Part shown: positions 47,820-61,356 of the stretch, piece by piece
How positions within the stretch are numbered: position 1 is the first letter of the stretch
How the letters are laid out: each line of letters opens with the position of its first letter
Source: Scyliorhinus canicula
Lineage: Eukaryota
Assembly: GCF_902713615.1 (NCBI RefSeq)
Contig: NC_052161.1
Location: 20,552,579-20,616,578 of the forward strand
DNA length: 64,000 nucleotides
Direction of reading: 5' to 3'
Translations under genes and position numbers: made by a program
The notes under the pieces: model-generated
The model's input: the letters and a program-made list of their open reading frames with translations, nothing else
What the model was told of the DNA's origin: nothing
Database searches by the model: none

Positions 47820-49400
47820 CTGAATCTAAGTTCTTTAAATGCTCTACATCATTCTTACCTGTAATGAAAATGTCGTCCAGGTAGTATTGCACATCTGATC
47901 CGTAGATCATTGGAAGAAAATTGGTGTTACAAGTGTCAGTAACAGTTCAGTGTAAGAAGCTACGATCATTTGCAGATAGACTTGGGAGAGATCAATTTTG
48001 TTAAGTTTTTGACCTCATGAGAGAGCTGCAAAAAGATTTTCAATGAGTGGTAGAGGATATTGGTCAGCACATAATAAGGGTTGATAGTCATTTCGAAATC
48101 CCTGCATATTCACATTGAACCATCCTTCTTTAAGACTGGGATGATTGAGGTTGCCCAATCGCTGGTGGCAATAGGCTCAATGGCTCTTGGCTTCAGTTAC
48201 CTATCGAGCTCTTCTTCCACTTTAGGTCAAATCACCCAAGGTACGGTATGCGCTTCATAGATTATCATAGAATTTACAGTGCAGAAGGAGGCCATTCGGC
48301 CCATCGAGTCTGCATCGGCTCTTGGAAAGAGCACCCTACCCAAGGTCAACATCTTCACCCTATCCCCATAACCCAGTAACCCCAACCAACACTAAGGGCA
48401 ATTTTGGACACTAAGGGCAATTTATCATGGCCAATCCACCTAACCGGCACATCTTTGGACTGTGGGAGGAAACCGGAGCACCCGGAAGAAACCCACGCAC
48501 ACACAGGGAGGATGTGCAGAATACGCACAGACAGTGATCCAAGTCAGAATCGAACCTGGGACCCTGGCGCTGTAAAGCAATTGTGCTATCCACAATGCTA
48601 CCGTGCTGCCCAACACTTCGGCATGCAGTCTGCCTTTATCTCGAGTTTCACTTCAACCCCAGTCATGAATCTAAATGACTCCTCTTATGTCTTTGCATGC
48701 TGTCTCAGAAGTGGTTGACGATCGTTCGTAGAATCAACAAGTTGGTTCAAGATGGCCTAGTTTAGCTTAATCTTCCTTCACCAAGATCTCCAGAACAATG
48801 CTGGAAAGTTTCTCAAACAATGTGCAGAGACAACCCCACTTTCTGCTCATTAACCTCCACAGTCACTTTGATGAAGCCCTTCAGCAGCATGACCTCCTCG
48901 GCATATGTCCTGAATACCACATCAGATCATTGCAATAGCAGATACTTCAATTTCTGGTAGTATGTCGATTCGGGTATAAGTGATACTGCAGCGCCTGTAT
49001 CCACTCCATCTTAATCGTGTTCTCATTTAATTTTTGATAGACCCAAAGTTGTCGCTGGTCTCCTTGTACTGCTAGAACGGCAAGCTTAAATTCTTTAAGC
49101 TGATGTGACAATTTGGTACTCAGTGGGTTTCCTGTCCAAACAGCAATGTGGAACATGAATATTGCTGAAAAGAGACATGTTGTCGAAGCTTTTTATCTGA
49201 GCAGGACAAATGCAAGAATACTAAATTTCAAACCATCACAACAATTGCGGCCCTGTTCAGAGGCGGTCACTCGCCCTGATCCTCAGGAACATCATGTAGG
49301 GCAAAAAATAAAGGTGGAACTTGCAGCTCTGCAATGTCGCAGTCATTTCTTTTACTGGCCCACCTCCATCCGTCCCGCTAATCAACACAACCAGAACTAA
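47820..49400 (-). mobile_element. Gypsy (Mag-like) protease-RT remnant, interrupted by a SINE
   Basis: IKME.DTGAAVSLI (frameshifted), KVEEELDR, SDWATSIIPVLKKDGS, DQYPLPLIENLFAAL, KIDLSQVYLQ and YYLDDIFITG. Confidence 0.9.
48256..48611 (-). mobile_element. HE1-type V-SINE, full length
   Basis: Head GGGCAGCACGGTAGC, V core and tail. Confidence 0.92.
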
Positions 49401-49464
49401 ATTAACTCACCGTGCATTTGATTGTTATTTCTGTGATTTTGCAATTTAATTTTTTAATATCGAG

Positions 49465-49762
49465 AATCATTATTGTCACAAGTAGGCTTACAATAACACT
49501 GCAATGAAGTTACTGTGCAAAGCCCCTAGTTGCCACATTCTGGCACCTGTTCGGGTACACAGAGGAAGAATTCAGAATGGCCAAATGACCGAACAGCACA
49601 TTTCTCGGGACTTTTGGGAGGAAACCGGAGCACCCGGAAGAAACCGACGCAGACACAGGGAGAACGGGCAGACTCCGTACAGACAGTAACCCAAGCCGGG
49701 AATCGAACCTGGGAGACTGGCGCTGTGAAGCCACAGTGCTAACCACTGTGCTACCGTGCCGC
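49465..49762 (-). mobile_element. V-SINE variant with alternative tail
   Basis: Head, V core and alternative tail. Confidence 0.88.
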
Positions 49763-51995
49763 GCCGCAATTGCAAACTGGCTACTGAATTTGCCAACACA
49801 CCAATGATGACTGAATTTCAAAGTAATTTGCCCTTTGTTTTTGAGACATTTCTCAAAGACACGATAATTAGTACCACAATTAACACAAGTCTTTTACTGT
49901 AAGAGCATGTGAAAGAACTTTTATTTGTAACATAAATTCTGGACAATTTCTTTTTATCCCAAGGTTTCTTTGATAACTGCATTTTCTATGAGCACACACT
50001 GAATTGAAAGTGGATATGCTGACATGATGCAAAGTGAAGGTTCCTGCACTATGTGGCAAATTACATCATTAGGATCAATTGTTTACGATCCTTTTACAGT
50101 GAAATTATGCTCTTTATAGATCGTGTTGCTAAATAAATCAATAAAAAGGCAAAGGACAGATAAAATCTTTGTAATATTGTTCCTCCCTTTATGTTTTCCC
50201 TTTACTAAAGTAGTAACACTTTAAATAAGAGGAAAACAAATCATGTATGGGTCAAGTGGACTGTTTCTGTGTTACTTCTGTGTTACAATATGAAAAAGTG
50301 TTTAAAAAGTTCCAATGTGGTTTTGTTAGTGCCACAATGAGAGGGATTCGCAAACAAATGTGTATGATAACAGGAAAGCAGAAAGACAACGAGGACCATT
50401 CATTCTGCCATTCAAAGTCATATATTTGAGTCACAGGACACAAAACAAAACCTAATAGTATTTTCTCCATCTCACAAAATTGAATGTTTATGGCTGCTTT
50501 AAGATTGAAAAGTAGATATTTTTCTTGTTTTAAGGTTATTCAAGGTGCTGTTCACCTGCGTCACCAGTGCCATCATATTCCCAGGTCGTGTGACATCCAT
50601 TAGAGTTAAGTTAATTACGTGGCAAAGAGTATTATGTTGTTATAAGGCAGAATGCTTGAAATACTCAGGATGATCAGCCTCTGGAAGAACAAGACGGTAC
50701 TGGTTTTGGGGTGGCAATGACAACTGAAGCATAAACGGTGACGACGAGTGCTCCACTGAAACTGAGAGCAACTTCAGGAATCCGCATGTGTAGAATAATA
50801 CAGAAATCCAAAAGTTGTTGTCAGTGATTTAGTGTTTCCTGGCTGAGCTATTTAGGATTCCCCAGAATGCAATCCTGGTCAATCAGTGAATTGAAGAAAC
50901 TTCCACTTTGACACTTTAATCTCGCTGTAAAAACCTTCGAAAAAGTGAGTGCAATTGGGTTTTTAAATAATTTTTAAAAGATTGTTTATAATATTTCAGC
51001 TTCAATCTTAATCCAAGCATAATCATTTATTTTTCTATTTTAAATAAACTAACACCGTAGGGAGTCCGTGCTTTTAACTTCGTTGTTTTCTGTCTGCAAG
51101 AATTCTTCAATATGATTGGCTTCTCATCCCACTTGTTACTATCATTGCTGCTGGATGCCTGGAGATTCCTCTGACAGATTTAAACTGCCGTTAGATTTTA
51201 GATATAGTTTGTTGTGAGCAGCTTTCATCAAGCTTTGTCGCCAACTGCAAAATCCAGCCAGGGAAAGAGTCAGGCAGGCTGCCTGTCCTTTGGTCACTTA
51301 AGGGCCTCATTCCATCTCCATTTTACATGCAGAAGGGGAAGGCAGAGGCAGGGCGCGTAGCCCAGCAGTTTTCAGTCAGTGGATTGATGTCAGGCAGGAA
51401 AGGGCTCAAATCCTTTTGGGGAGAAGTGAGGTTCCATTGGCGGCACCAAGCCCCTAGGAATGAACTTTTCCCCATTTAATACACCCCCGGCCTCTCAAAC
51501 CTCCCACTTCCCATTGCCCCTCCAGCAAGAGGGGGGACACAAAACCCAGCACTTTATTGCTGAACAATAGTATTGTTTTAGTTAATATTAAAACTTGTCC
51601 ATTAACGTTTCGTTTGGTAAACAGTGTGGAAGTTATACTTGATAAGCTATTATTCTTTAGGTTATAACTGCAACATTTTTTTCTGAATTGCTCTGAACTT
51701 TCTTTTCATGCAGTGTCCTGCTTTTGAGGACCGTACTGTTGAAATATTGTCCTAAGGGGTGCAGAATGACTGTGTGTTATTCTGCACTATTGCTCTCTGA
51801 TGCAATTTCCTCAACACCACAGCTGGCTCTCGAGTCAATTCCCAGCAGTGCCAATTATTCCATTCACACAACTACAGTTTAGCCAATCATATCTGAAATA
51901 TTAGAACAGGTATACACATTTTGCAATAGATAAAGTATGATAATACATATTTTGAAATAAAAAAAACATTAAGCAGCTTGAAGTATTACACTTAC

Positions 51996-52132
51996 TGAAG
52001 CCACACTTGGTTTCTTTGTGATAGCAAAAGGCCCATTCTCAGCCTTTGCATCAAAAGGTTGCTCCATTCTCCACAGTATGTTAGAACAGGATTCTCTCCA
52101 CTCAGCAGGGACCGCTTAAGTGGCTTCCTTCT
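51996..52132 (-). other. Candidate exon
   Basis: Strong donor TTCA|gtaagt and weaker acceptor ttcataacag|A. 137 nt, open in phase 0. Confidence 0.25.
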
Positions 52133-52614
52133 CTGTTATGAAATCTTTGTCATTTCAGTTACATTTGGAGGATGTTTTGAATAAATTAATAGAACCTCAT
52201 CAAGAAACAGCTGAAAGTACAAGTCATTACTTGCCTATAAACAAGTTCCTATTCTTTGTGAAGACTCCTGTGGACTAAATTACATTTCACACAGTAAGGT
52301 GTGAGCTGCAGAACAGAATTAAGAAAACCAACAAAACAGCAGCTGTGTAGATATGCAACATATGTTGTGTTTGTATTTTAAGGCTTCTAGACAAGTACAA
52401 TGCTTTATAACACATTTCAATATCATTTTTAAACAAGCATTTCAATACTTTTGTATGTAATTTTACTTTCTCACAGCTGGGTTGTTTTTTTTTTGCAACC
52501 TGTCAATTACTTTCTACTACATTGCAGAGGTACAAGAGTGGCCAAGTGGCATCATTACTTGGATTTGGCCAATATAATGAGGGAGGCAAAGTCAGAAGGT
52601 GAGACACATCGGTG

Positions 52615-53593
52615 TGTTATGCTGGCTCAGGAGATGCACTGCAGAAGTGATGGAACAGGTCATCTGTTCAACTTCTCGGTGGGTTTGGAGGAAGAAAAGA
52701 CTGCAATTTAGACAGCAGTTATTTTTGGTTCACGGACCCATAATCGAGATGTGCCTTTAAGCAGATGACTCAGTTGAGACAGCCTTCTTGCCAGGACACT
52801 ATATTTCTAGATTTTGTTTTTGGAAAGCAGGGGCCAGACTCCTCAGCGCTGGGTGAATCTTAGGAACCGGTTTTGGAGGAAGTCAGTTTGATTAGTTAAC
52901 TGACAGCTGGTGCGTTGGCCAGGGACAGTGTTCTGCCTGACAACAGTCAGTGATTAGTTTCTGCGTGATATTTTCTGAGAGAACTGGGCAGAAGTGTTTA
53001 GCCCTTGGAAGGAGAAGAAATACCATCTCTCACTTGTTTACTGAAGTGAAAGAACTGCTTTATTGTTCTGAAATCAGAGTGCCAGATACATCCTTCACTG
53101 TGAACTTGGAATTTTGCTGAGTCTGCAGAGAATATAGACAACCTTGCCAGAGAAAACCATCTCAAGCCGAGAAGGAAGAAGTATCAAAACAAAAACTGAA
53201 CTTCAGAGACACTAACCGGAAATTATCCCAGTGCATTAAAGTTCTTTATCCTTGTATTTTATCAATATTTTCTTCACCTTACCACCACCGTTTCCCCTCT
53301 GTGTTGTTTGTCTATGTGTGTGTATATATATATATATTATATATATATAGAGAGTGGGGTAGTGGGAAAGGGGATTGGAAAAGGTGTATGAGATAGTCGG
53401 TTACATTTTCTGTCTGTTTAATTATAATACTGTGCATAATAAAAGGTTACTTGTGTTAAACCTGATGACTCTAGTTTATTGGGGTCAGCCAAGGACCCCG
53501 CATATTTTCAATAAAATCTAATTTTACCTCGGGTGTGACTCTTGGCCAAGTGAGGCTAGAATTGACCGTGCACTAGCCCAGGGTGTCATGACA
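52615..53593 (+). mobile_element. Solo LTR-like element
   Basis: TGTTATG...CATGACA ends, AATAAA near the 3' end, and homology to 5890-6810. No clear TSD. Confidence 0.6.
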
Positions 53594-54479
53594 CTTGAGA
53601 ATGTAAAGCAAGACAAGAGAGAGGGAAGAAGAGCTCTCGTCAGAAAGCCATATTTGTTCAGGGAGTAATTCTCCTGCATCAAACTCAACGGACAACAGTT
53701 TTTTGAGATGTCTGCACTGCACTAAATAAAGAGAGGTTTATTAAAGATTCAAGGAACTAATGTGACATGAGATGCAAGCAATCTGTAATATGTTTGTTTC
53801 CCAAGATAGCTGGTTGAATCTTAACCTCATAGAATTGCAGAATTGATACAGTGTAGGAGGAGGTCATTTGGGCCACTGTATCTGACCAGCTCTCCAAATG
53901 AGCAATCCTCTTCATGCCATTCTCCCGCCTTCTCCCCTCCACATTCTTTCTTTCCAGATAACAGTCTAATTCCCATTTGATGCTTTCACTGAATCTGCCT
54001 CCACCGCGCCCTCAGGCAATACATTCCAAACCCTAACCACTCGCTGCGTGAAAGAAAATTCTCACATATCACTTTTCCTTCTTTTGGCAATGACTGTAAA
54101 TCTGTGCCGCTGTTTCTTGATTCTGTCCTGTCACATTACTAGTTCGCACAACCATTTGTTGGTTGTCTCAGTTTACTTTGCTTTAACAATTTCTTCATTT
54201 TAAAATTCAGATTCTTTGAAGATTCACAAAATTTATAATAGCATGATCATTGTTAAATCCACCAATCTGGTATTAACTGCTGGTACATGCCCGGAGCATT
54301 TGGACAATTCCACAGGCAACTCGAAGTTGTCAAATTAATAGGTCAATTTTCTTAAAATGACAAATATGGGGTTCTCAAATATCACAGAGATTGAGAGCTG
54401 CAGAGGAAAACAGTGTTTCTCGGCGGGGTGATCCATTTGCCCCTTTCAACCTCGTACCTGGGTGAATTCTTCAACCTAG

Positions 54480-57400
54480 GAGCAATGGACAGGACACAAT
54501 TTGGAAGGGCGAAGGGGCCATCTGGGATGGGCTAGGTACAGAGTGGAATTAAAGGGGCAGGAGTTAAGTGGGGAAGATGACGGACGGTAGAGGGGATTGG
54601 AGGCACAAGCCTCTGGTGAGGTTGGTAACGTGGAACGTCCGGGGACTGAATGGGTCGGTTAAAAGGTCGCGGGTGTTCGTGCACCTCAGGAGCTTGAAAG
54701 TGAGGGTTGTCTTTTTGCAGGAGACACACCTCCATGTGAAGGACCAGGTTAGATTAAGGAAGAGGTGGGTCGGGCAGGTTTTTCACTCAGGGTTTGATTT
54801 GAAATCGAGAGGTGTGGCGATTTTAATGAGCATAAAAATGGGATTTGAGAGTGCGAAGGAGGTGAGGGATCCAGGTGGGAGATATGTGATTGTGAGTGGG
54901 GTATTGGAAGGGGCACCGGTAGTGTTGGTAAATGTGTATGCCCCAAATTGAGATGATGTGGGTTTTATGAGGGGGTTGCTGGCAGAGATCCCAGATTTGG
55001 CCACGTACCAGTTGATCATGGGAGGAGATTTTAACTGTGTCCTGGAACCGAGGGTGGATAGATCGAGCCCCAGGTCGATGGGTAGGGTACGAATAGCAAG
55101 GGAGTTGGGGGGGGGGTTATGGAGAGGATGGGTATGGTGGATCCATGGCGCTTTCAGAACGCAGGGGGAAGGAAGTATTCCTTCTTTTCACACGTCTATA
55201 AGGTGTATTTGAGGATTGATTACTTTGTAGTGAGATTTTGGTTGGGGTGGAGGGGGCAGAGTATGGGGGGATAGTTATCTCGGACCATGCATCCCACTGG
55301 CTGGATATTCGGTTCAGTACAGGACGTGAGCAGAGGTCGGGGTTGAGGTTTGACTCAGGGTTGTTGGTAGATGGAGGTTTTTGTGATAAGGTGCAGTTGG
55401 CGATTAGGGATTATTTGGAGTTAAATCAGAATGGGGAGGTGTCGGCGGGTATTTTTTGGGAAGCACTGAAGGCAGTGGTCCAGGGAGAAATTATCTCATT
55501 TACGGATCGTGCGAATAAGGAAAGGAGGGCGGAACATGACCGTCTTGTGAGCGAGATAGTGGAGGTGGACAGAGAATATTCGAGGGTGCCCACCATGGAG
55601 GGATAGGCGAGGAGGAAAAAGTTGCAGGGGCAATTTGACAGGCTGACAATGGGGAGGGCGGTAGGGCAACTGTGTCGGGCAAGAGGGTGCAATAAGAGTA
55701 TGGGGAGAAGGCGAGCTGCATGCTGGCGCAACAGCTGCAGAGGCAGGCTGTGTCCAGGGAAATATTGAAGATCCGGACTGGGGCTGAGGATGTGGTGTCA
55801 GAGCCAGGGAAGATAAATGAGGCATTTAGAGATTATTACCAGGGACTTTATGAGGCAGACCCAGGAGGAGAGGAGGGGGACATGGGGTGGTTTCTGGACG
55901 AGCTGGAATTTCCCCAGGTGGAAGAAGCAATGAGGCAGGCGTTGGAGGAGCCCCTGGGGCTGAGGGAGGTGCTGGATAGTATCAGGGGTATGAAGTCGGG
56001 GCAGGCCCCTGGACCAGATGGGTACCCGGCTGAATTTTATAAGGAATTTACGGCGGACCTGACACCAGATCTGCTGGGGACGTTTAATTAATTAATTAAG
56101 AGAAGGGGGAGTTGCCAGAGACGATGAAGCAGGCAGTAATCACACTAATCCCAAAAAAAGGGAAGGATCCGGTGGAATATGGATCGTATAGACCCAAATC
56201 ACTATTGAACACGGATGTGAAAGTATTGGCTAAGTTGTTGGCGGGGAGGATGAGGGATTGTGTCCCGGGGTGGTTGCAGAAGATCAAACAGGCTGTGTGA
56301 AGGGCAGGCAGCTCGCGAGTAATATAAGACGGCTGTTGAATGTGGTGATGAATCCGTCGAGAGCTCTGGTACCGGAGGTGGTGGTGTCCATGGACGCAGA
56401 GAAAGCAGTTGATCAGGTGGAGTGGCGGTACTTGTTTGATGTTTTGGGAAGGTTTGGGTTTGGGCCGAGATTTGTGACATGGGTGCTGTTGCTGTATGTG
56501 GCGCCAAGAGCGAGGACGAATGATATGAACTCACGAAGCTTTGACTTACACAGGGGTACGAGGCAGGGGTACCCGCTGTCACCGCTGCTGTTTGCGTTGG
56601 CCATAGAGCTGTTGCCGATGGATCTCAAGGGGTCGGCAGAGTGGCAGGGCATAATGAGGAGACAGAGGGAGCATCAGGTGTCGCTCTATGCCGATGACAG
56701 ATCCGTTGGAGTGAGAAGGATTATGGGCCTGTTGGGGAGGTTTCGAGGGCTCTCGGGATACAAGCTGAATGTAGGGAAAAGCAATGTATTCCCGGTGAAT
56801 GAGCTTTCACAGCGGGCTAATTTAGGGGGGGATGCCATTTACGGTAGCGAGGGATAGGTTTAGGTACTTGGGGATTCAGATAGCGAGGGAATGGACGGAG
56901 CTCCATAAGTGGAAGTTAAAAAAGCTGGTGGAGGAGGCCAGGGAGGATCTTAAGATGTGGGATACATTGCACTTAACTTGTCGGGGAGGGTCCAAGTGGT
57001 GAAAATGAATATTCTGCCGAGGTTCTTGTTTATCTTTCAGGCTCTCCCGATCTTTATACCAAAGGCCTTTTTTCAGAAAGTGGATACAATCATCTCTGAC
57101 TCTGTATGGGTGGGGAAGGTGCTGAGGGTGGGGAGGACCCTGCTACAGAGGCAGAGGCAGCAGGGGGGGTTGGCATTGCCAAACTTGCTTCATTATTATT
57201 GGGCGGCGAATGTGGACAAGGTGCAGCGGTGGTGGGAAGGAGAAGGGGTATAGTGGGTTAGGATGGAGGCGGAATCTTGTAAGGGGTCTAGTTTGAGGGC
57301 TATGGTGATGGCAGCATTGCCAATGGCACCGAGTAGGTATTCAGGGAGCCCAGTGGTGCAGTCCACGGTGAAGATATGGAATCAGCTGAGGAGGCATTTT

Positions 57401-58495
57401 AGGGTGGAAGGGATGTCGGTGCTAACGCCGCTGTGCGAGAATCATGGGTTTGAGCCGGGGGGATGGATGGTGAATACAGGAGGTGGAGGGAAGTGGGGCT
57501 GGTCAAGGTGAGGGATTTGTATTTGGAGGAAGGGTTCGCCAGTCTGGAGGAGCTAAGGGAGAGGGTAGAGCTGCCGAGGGGTATTGAGTTCAGGTATCTA
57601 CAGGTTAGGGACTTTGCACGAAAGGTCCGGAAGGGGTTCCCTAGATTGCTGGGATACACCCTGCTGGAGCGACTGCTACTTCCGGATGTGGAAGGGGAGG
57701 GAAGAATTGGGGATATATATAAGTGGCTGGGAGAGTAGGCGAGCGGGTGGTGATCAAGGAGAAATGGGAGGCGGAGTTGGGAATGGAGATCAATTGGGGA
57801 GTATGGAGTGAGGCACTGCGAAGGGTAAACGTGACCTCCTCTTGTGCAAGGATGAGCCTGATAAAGTTTAAGGTGGTGCACAGGGTGTATATGACTCGGG
57901 TGAGAATGAGTGGGTTCTTTCAGGGGGTAGCAGATGAGTGTGAGAGGTGTGGGCGGGGGCCAGTGAATCATGCGCACATGTTTTGGGGTTGTGAAAAATT
58001 GGGAAGATTCTGGGCGGGAGTGTTCGCGGTCTTAGCCAGGATAGTGGAGGGGGGAGTGGACTCGGACCCTTTGGTGGCGATATTTGGGGTTTCAGAGAAG
58101 CCGGAGCTCCTGGAGAGGAGGAAGGCCGATGTGTTGGCCTTCGCCTCTCTGATTGCATGGCGCCGAATTCTGCTGGAGTGGCGGTCGGCACTGCCACTGG
58201 GGGTAGCAGCATGGTCGGGTGACCTGTATGACTTCCTGCGGTTAGAGAAGATAAAGTATGAGTTAAGGGGCTCAGCAGGGGAGTTTGAGAAAAGGTGGGG
58301 GATGTCTGTGACCGTGTTTGAGGAGCTGTTCGTCGCAGGGGGTTGGCGGGCGCGGAGCTGGGTGATGGGGAGGGGGGGTGAAAAAGAAGAAATATCTGTA
58401 CAAACTATAGTTGATTGTTGGGAAGAATGTTTCCCGGGGTGTTTACTTGCTGTAACCTACTTCGATACAAGTTTGAATAAAATGCGTTTTAAAAA
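54480..58495 (+). mobile_element. L1/Tx1-like LINE with near-complete but frameshifted ORF2
   Basis: RLVTWNVRGLNG, FLQETH, NVYAPN, GGDFN, ISDH, APGPDG, DAEKA, GTRQGYPLSP, LYADD, SGYKLN, MNILPRFLF, GGLALPN and HMFWGC, then a 3' UTR with AATAAA. Confidence 0.95.
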
Positions 58496-58738
58496 TATGT
58501 TTTCAAGATAAAGAGAGATAATTTCTTGAAGAATAAAGGATTATGGTGTTCAGGCGGGAAAGTGGAGCTGAGTCCACAAATGATCAGCCGTGATCTCATT
58601 GAATGGCGGAGCAGGCTCAAAGGGCCAGAAGGCCTACTCCTGCTCCTAGTTCTCAATCTCTTATGTTATGTTCTTATGTTCTTTTACTCCCTCAAACACC
58701 AACTCATCCCTGCCCTTGTTAAGTGTGCACAATGCACC

Positions 58739-58920
58739 ACCTGGTTTAGCACAGGGCTAAATCGCTGGATTTGAAAGCAGACCAAGGCAGGCCAGCAGCA
58801 CGGTTCAATTCCCGTACCAGCCTTCCCGAACAGGCGCCGGAATGTGGCGACTAGGGGCTTTTCACAGTAACTTCATTTGAAGCCTACTCGTGACAATAAG
58901 CGATTTTCATTTTCATTTCA
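58739..58920 (+). mobile_element. Short tRNA-derived SINE
   Basis: B-box GGTTCAATTCC, shared tail and (CATTT)n end. Confidence 0.85.
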
Positions 58921-59310
58921 CCTTCAGTTGTGTGAGCCCGAGCATCGCACATGCCGACATGGCATTTACCCTCTGTAAGATCTCACACCGCACCCCCTTC
59001 TCCACTTCACCCCCTAGCTCCTCCTCCCTTTTCACCTTCATCCTCTCTAGCCCTGTCCTCCGCCAGCAGCCTCCCATAGATACCTCAAGTATTACCCCCC
59101 TCCAATCCGGCCAGCGACAGTACCTCTCCACCAATGCCGCGGGCAGCGCAACCGGAAAACCCGAATAAAACTTCCTCGCAAAATTCCGGACTTGCAAGTA
59201 CCTGACCGCCTCCGACTGCGCGAGCCCATACCTCTCCACTAACTCCCCAAAACTCACAAACTGCCCCTCCAGGAACAAATCCCCCATTATTGCTACCACT
59301 TCTCCCCCAT
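58921..59310 (-). mobile_element. L1/Tx1-like ORF2 fragment
   Basis: GDLFLEGQFVSFGEL..RYLQVRNF..RVNAMSACA.LGLTQLKV. Confidence 0.85.
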
Positions 59311-59320
59311 ACTTTTTCCA

Positions 59321-59452
59321 GTTCTGACAAAATATTATTGACCTGTAATATTAACGTTGTTTCTCTCTGCACAGATGCTACCTGACCTATTGAGTAGTTC
59401 CAGCATTTTCTGTTTTCATTTCTGATTTACAGCTGTTGCAGTATTTTGAATT
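59321..59452 (+). mobile_element. Degenerate Penelope-like terminal fragment
   Basis: Homologous to 14543-14639 (TTTCTCTCT.CACAGATGCT.CC.GA...TGAGT..TTCCAGCATTTTCTGTTT). Confidence 0.5.
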
Positions 59453-59797
59453 TGCTTGTGCTAATGATATTTCCAGTTGATCACTGGCGGAGGAAAGGAC
59501 AGCCTTGTACTGCTGATATATATATATACATATCCAATCTAAATTATTTCAACAACGCTTAGGAGCATCAAACAGAATCACTGCCAACTTTATTTTACAT
59601 ACCACAGATTTTGAGTTCAGCTTCAGTGAACTTGGCTTTCAAGTGGAATCTGAAATTCAAAATAAGCCAAGTGCATATTTCTATCCGTTTTGTTTTGAAA
59701 AGTGTGTTAATCTGCTTTGATAATTTGCGTCTACGTGTCTGAGCAAATATATGTCATGTATATTAATTTGCACATCAATTGTTTCTCGTCACTCTAC

Positions 59798-59923
59798 CTG
59801 GTGCAGAGACTTCTCCTGTTCATTGAGCTGCTGTACCAAGCTTTCTTTGTGTTGATTTACGAGGGCTAATTCTATTACAATTTGTGCCATTGACTGCTGA
59901 AAGATCTTCTGTTTTCCTGCGAA
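59798..59923 (-). CDS. Candidate coding exon (coiled-coil-like peptide)
   Basis: ttgttttcag|TTC...CAG|gtagag. 126 nt, phase 0-0: FAGKQKIFQQSMAQIVIELALVNQHKESLVQQLNEQEKSLHQ. Confidence 0.3.
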
Positions 59924-60589
59924 CTGAAAACAAATCCATACACAGAGTTCCAGTAATGTTGTTTGAAATATTACAGATATTATCCTCTCATGTTTCTGCT
60001 CAATTTACAATTACAGATGGTCTCGCAGATTAAGATTGAATGCAGAGATTTCTAATGAACCGCTACTTTTCATTAGATTAAAACAAATGTACACTCATTA
60101 TGTTGCACTCCCTTCAATTAACACATCTGTCCTAAATTTGCAGCATTTCAGTGATGACATTATTTAACTTTCACGATACAGAGTTCTTATTTACAGATCG
60201 AATATAAATTCATTATCATAACAATATTTATATTGGCTCAATCAATCAGTATGTGTGGTACTTGAGTCCAGTTTTAGGATTATTGTCTCAAATTAGTTAC
60301 ACTAAAACCCACAAATTCAGGTTTCAGAAACTTCTAACTATGCTCTAGAGATTATTGTTAACAAGGTGCAGATTTGTAGAGGGAGAAAACAGCACATTGA
60401 AACATTGCTGAAAGGGGGGGGTGGAATTAAATAAAACCAATTCCTCTTCTTCTTGAATGGCACGATACCAGGGTAAGAACTTGAACAAATTGGTGCTGGC
60501 AGATATCAGCATAATAGTGGAGAGTGAGACAACACATGCTTCTGCAGTGTCTCCCTCAAGGTTAAACATGAAAATATTAAACTGCTTAC

Positions 60590-60708
60590 TTCTTTATTTA
60601 TAGTTTGTATTTCAAGTTCCTCAACACAATAAGCAGGGTCATCTCTGTTATTCTGGAACTTCTTGGAAGCCAGCCAAGTCTTGTGATTTTCCAAGTATAA
60701 ATCAAAAT
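60590..60708 (-). CDS. Candidate coding exon
   Basis: gtgtttttcgcag|AT...GAA|gtaagc. 119 nt, phase 1-0: FDLYLENHKTWLASKKFQNNRDDPAYCVEELEIQTINKE. Confidence 0.3.
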
Positions 60709-61356
60709 CTGCGAAAAACACCAATTAAAAATGAATAGAAATAATCTGATTTCCACTGGTATGATGAAGTGTCCCAGGATAGATTGGAACAAAAGTAATG
60801 TGTTTGGTGATACGTAAAGAAAAGACTGTTTGCTTCTGCAAAAAGGATATATCTGCAGCACAACAAAGAAGGAAGCATTTATTTATTATTTTTTAAATAT
60901 TTTATTCAAGGCATTTTTATATATGCAAAAAAACAGATGAAAAAAATCATAAAACATTATAAACAGCCGACATCCGCTCTCCTTCTGCTCCACTAATCCC
61001 GCCCCCTTCTCCCATCCTGCTTTCTCCATTTTAATCCCCCATACCCCCCCCCCCCCCCCCAATTCCTCCCCTCTGCAGACCCCTCAAACCTCCTGAAAGA
61101 AATCAATAAATGGCTTCCATCTTCGAGTGAACCCATCGACTGACTCCCTCAGGACGAACTTGACCTTCTCCAGCTTCAGGAAGTCCGCCAGGTCGCTCAC
61201 CCACATTCCCACTTTCGGGGGCTCCGAGTCACTCCACCCGAGCAAAATCCGTCTCCGGGCTATCAGGGAGGCAAAGGCAAAGACATAGGCATCTCTCGCC
61301 CCCTGGACTCCAGAGTCTTCCGACACCTCAAATATCACCACTTCTGGACTCGGGGC

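Noticed and set aside
53320-53352. (TG)/(TA)/(GA) microsatellite and scattered poly-G/C runs
   Set aside because: These are ordinary simple repeats, mostly inside transposons.
357-58920. tRNA genes
   Set aside because: The A/B-box sequences are SINE heads continuing into V core or LINE-like tails, with no complete cloverleaf.
59603-59649. Small minus-strand exon-like segment with gtatgt donor
   Set aside because: It has a stop in the phase needed to follow the 59798-59923 candidate exon.
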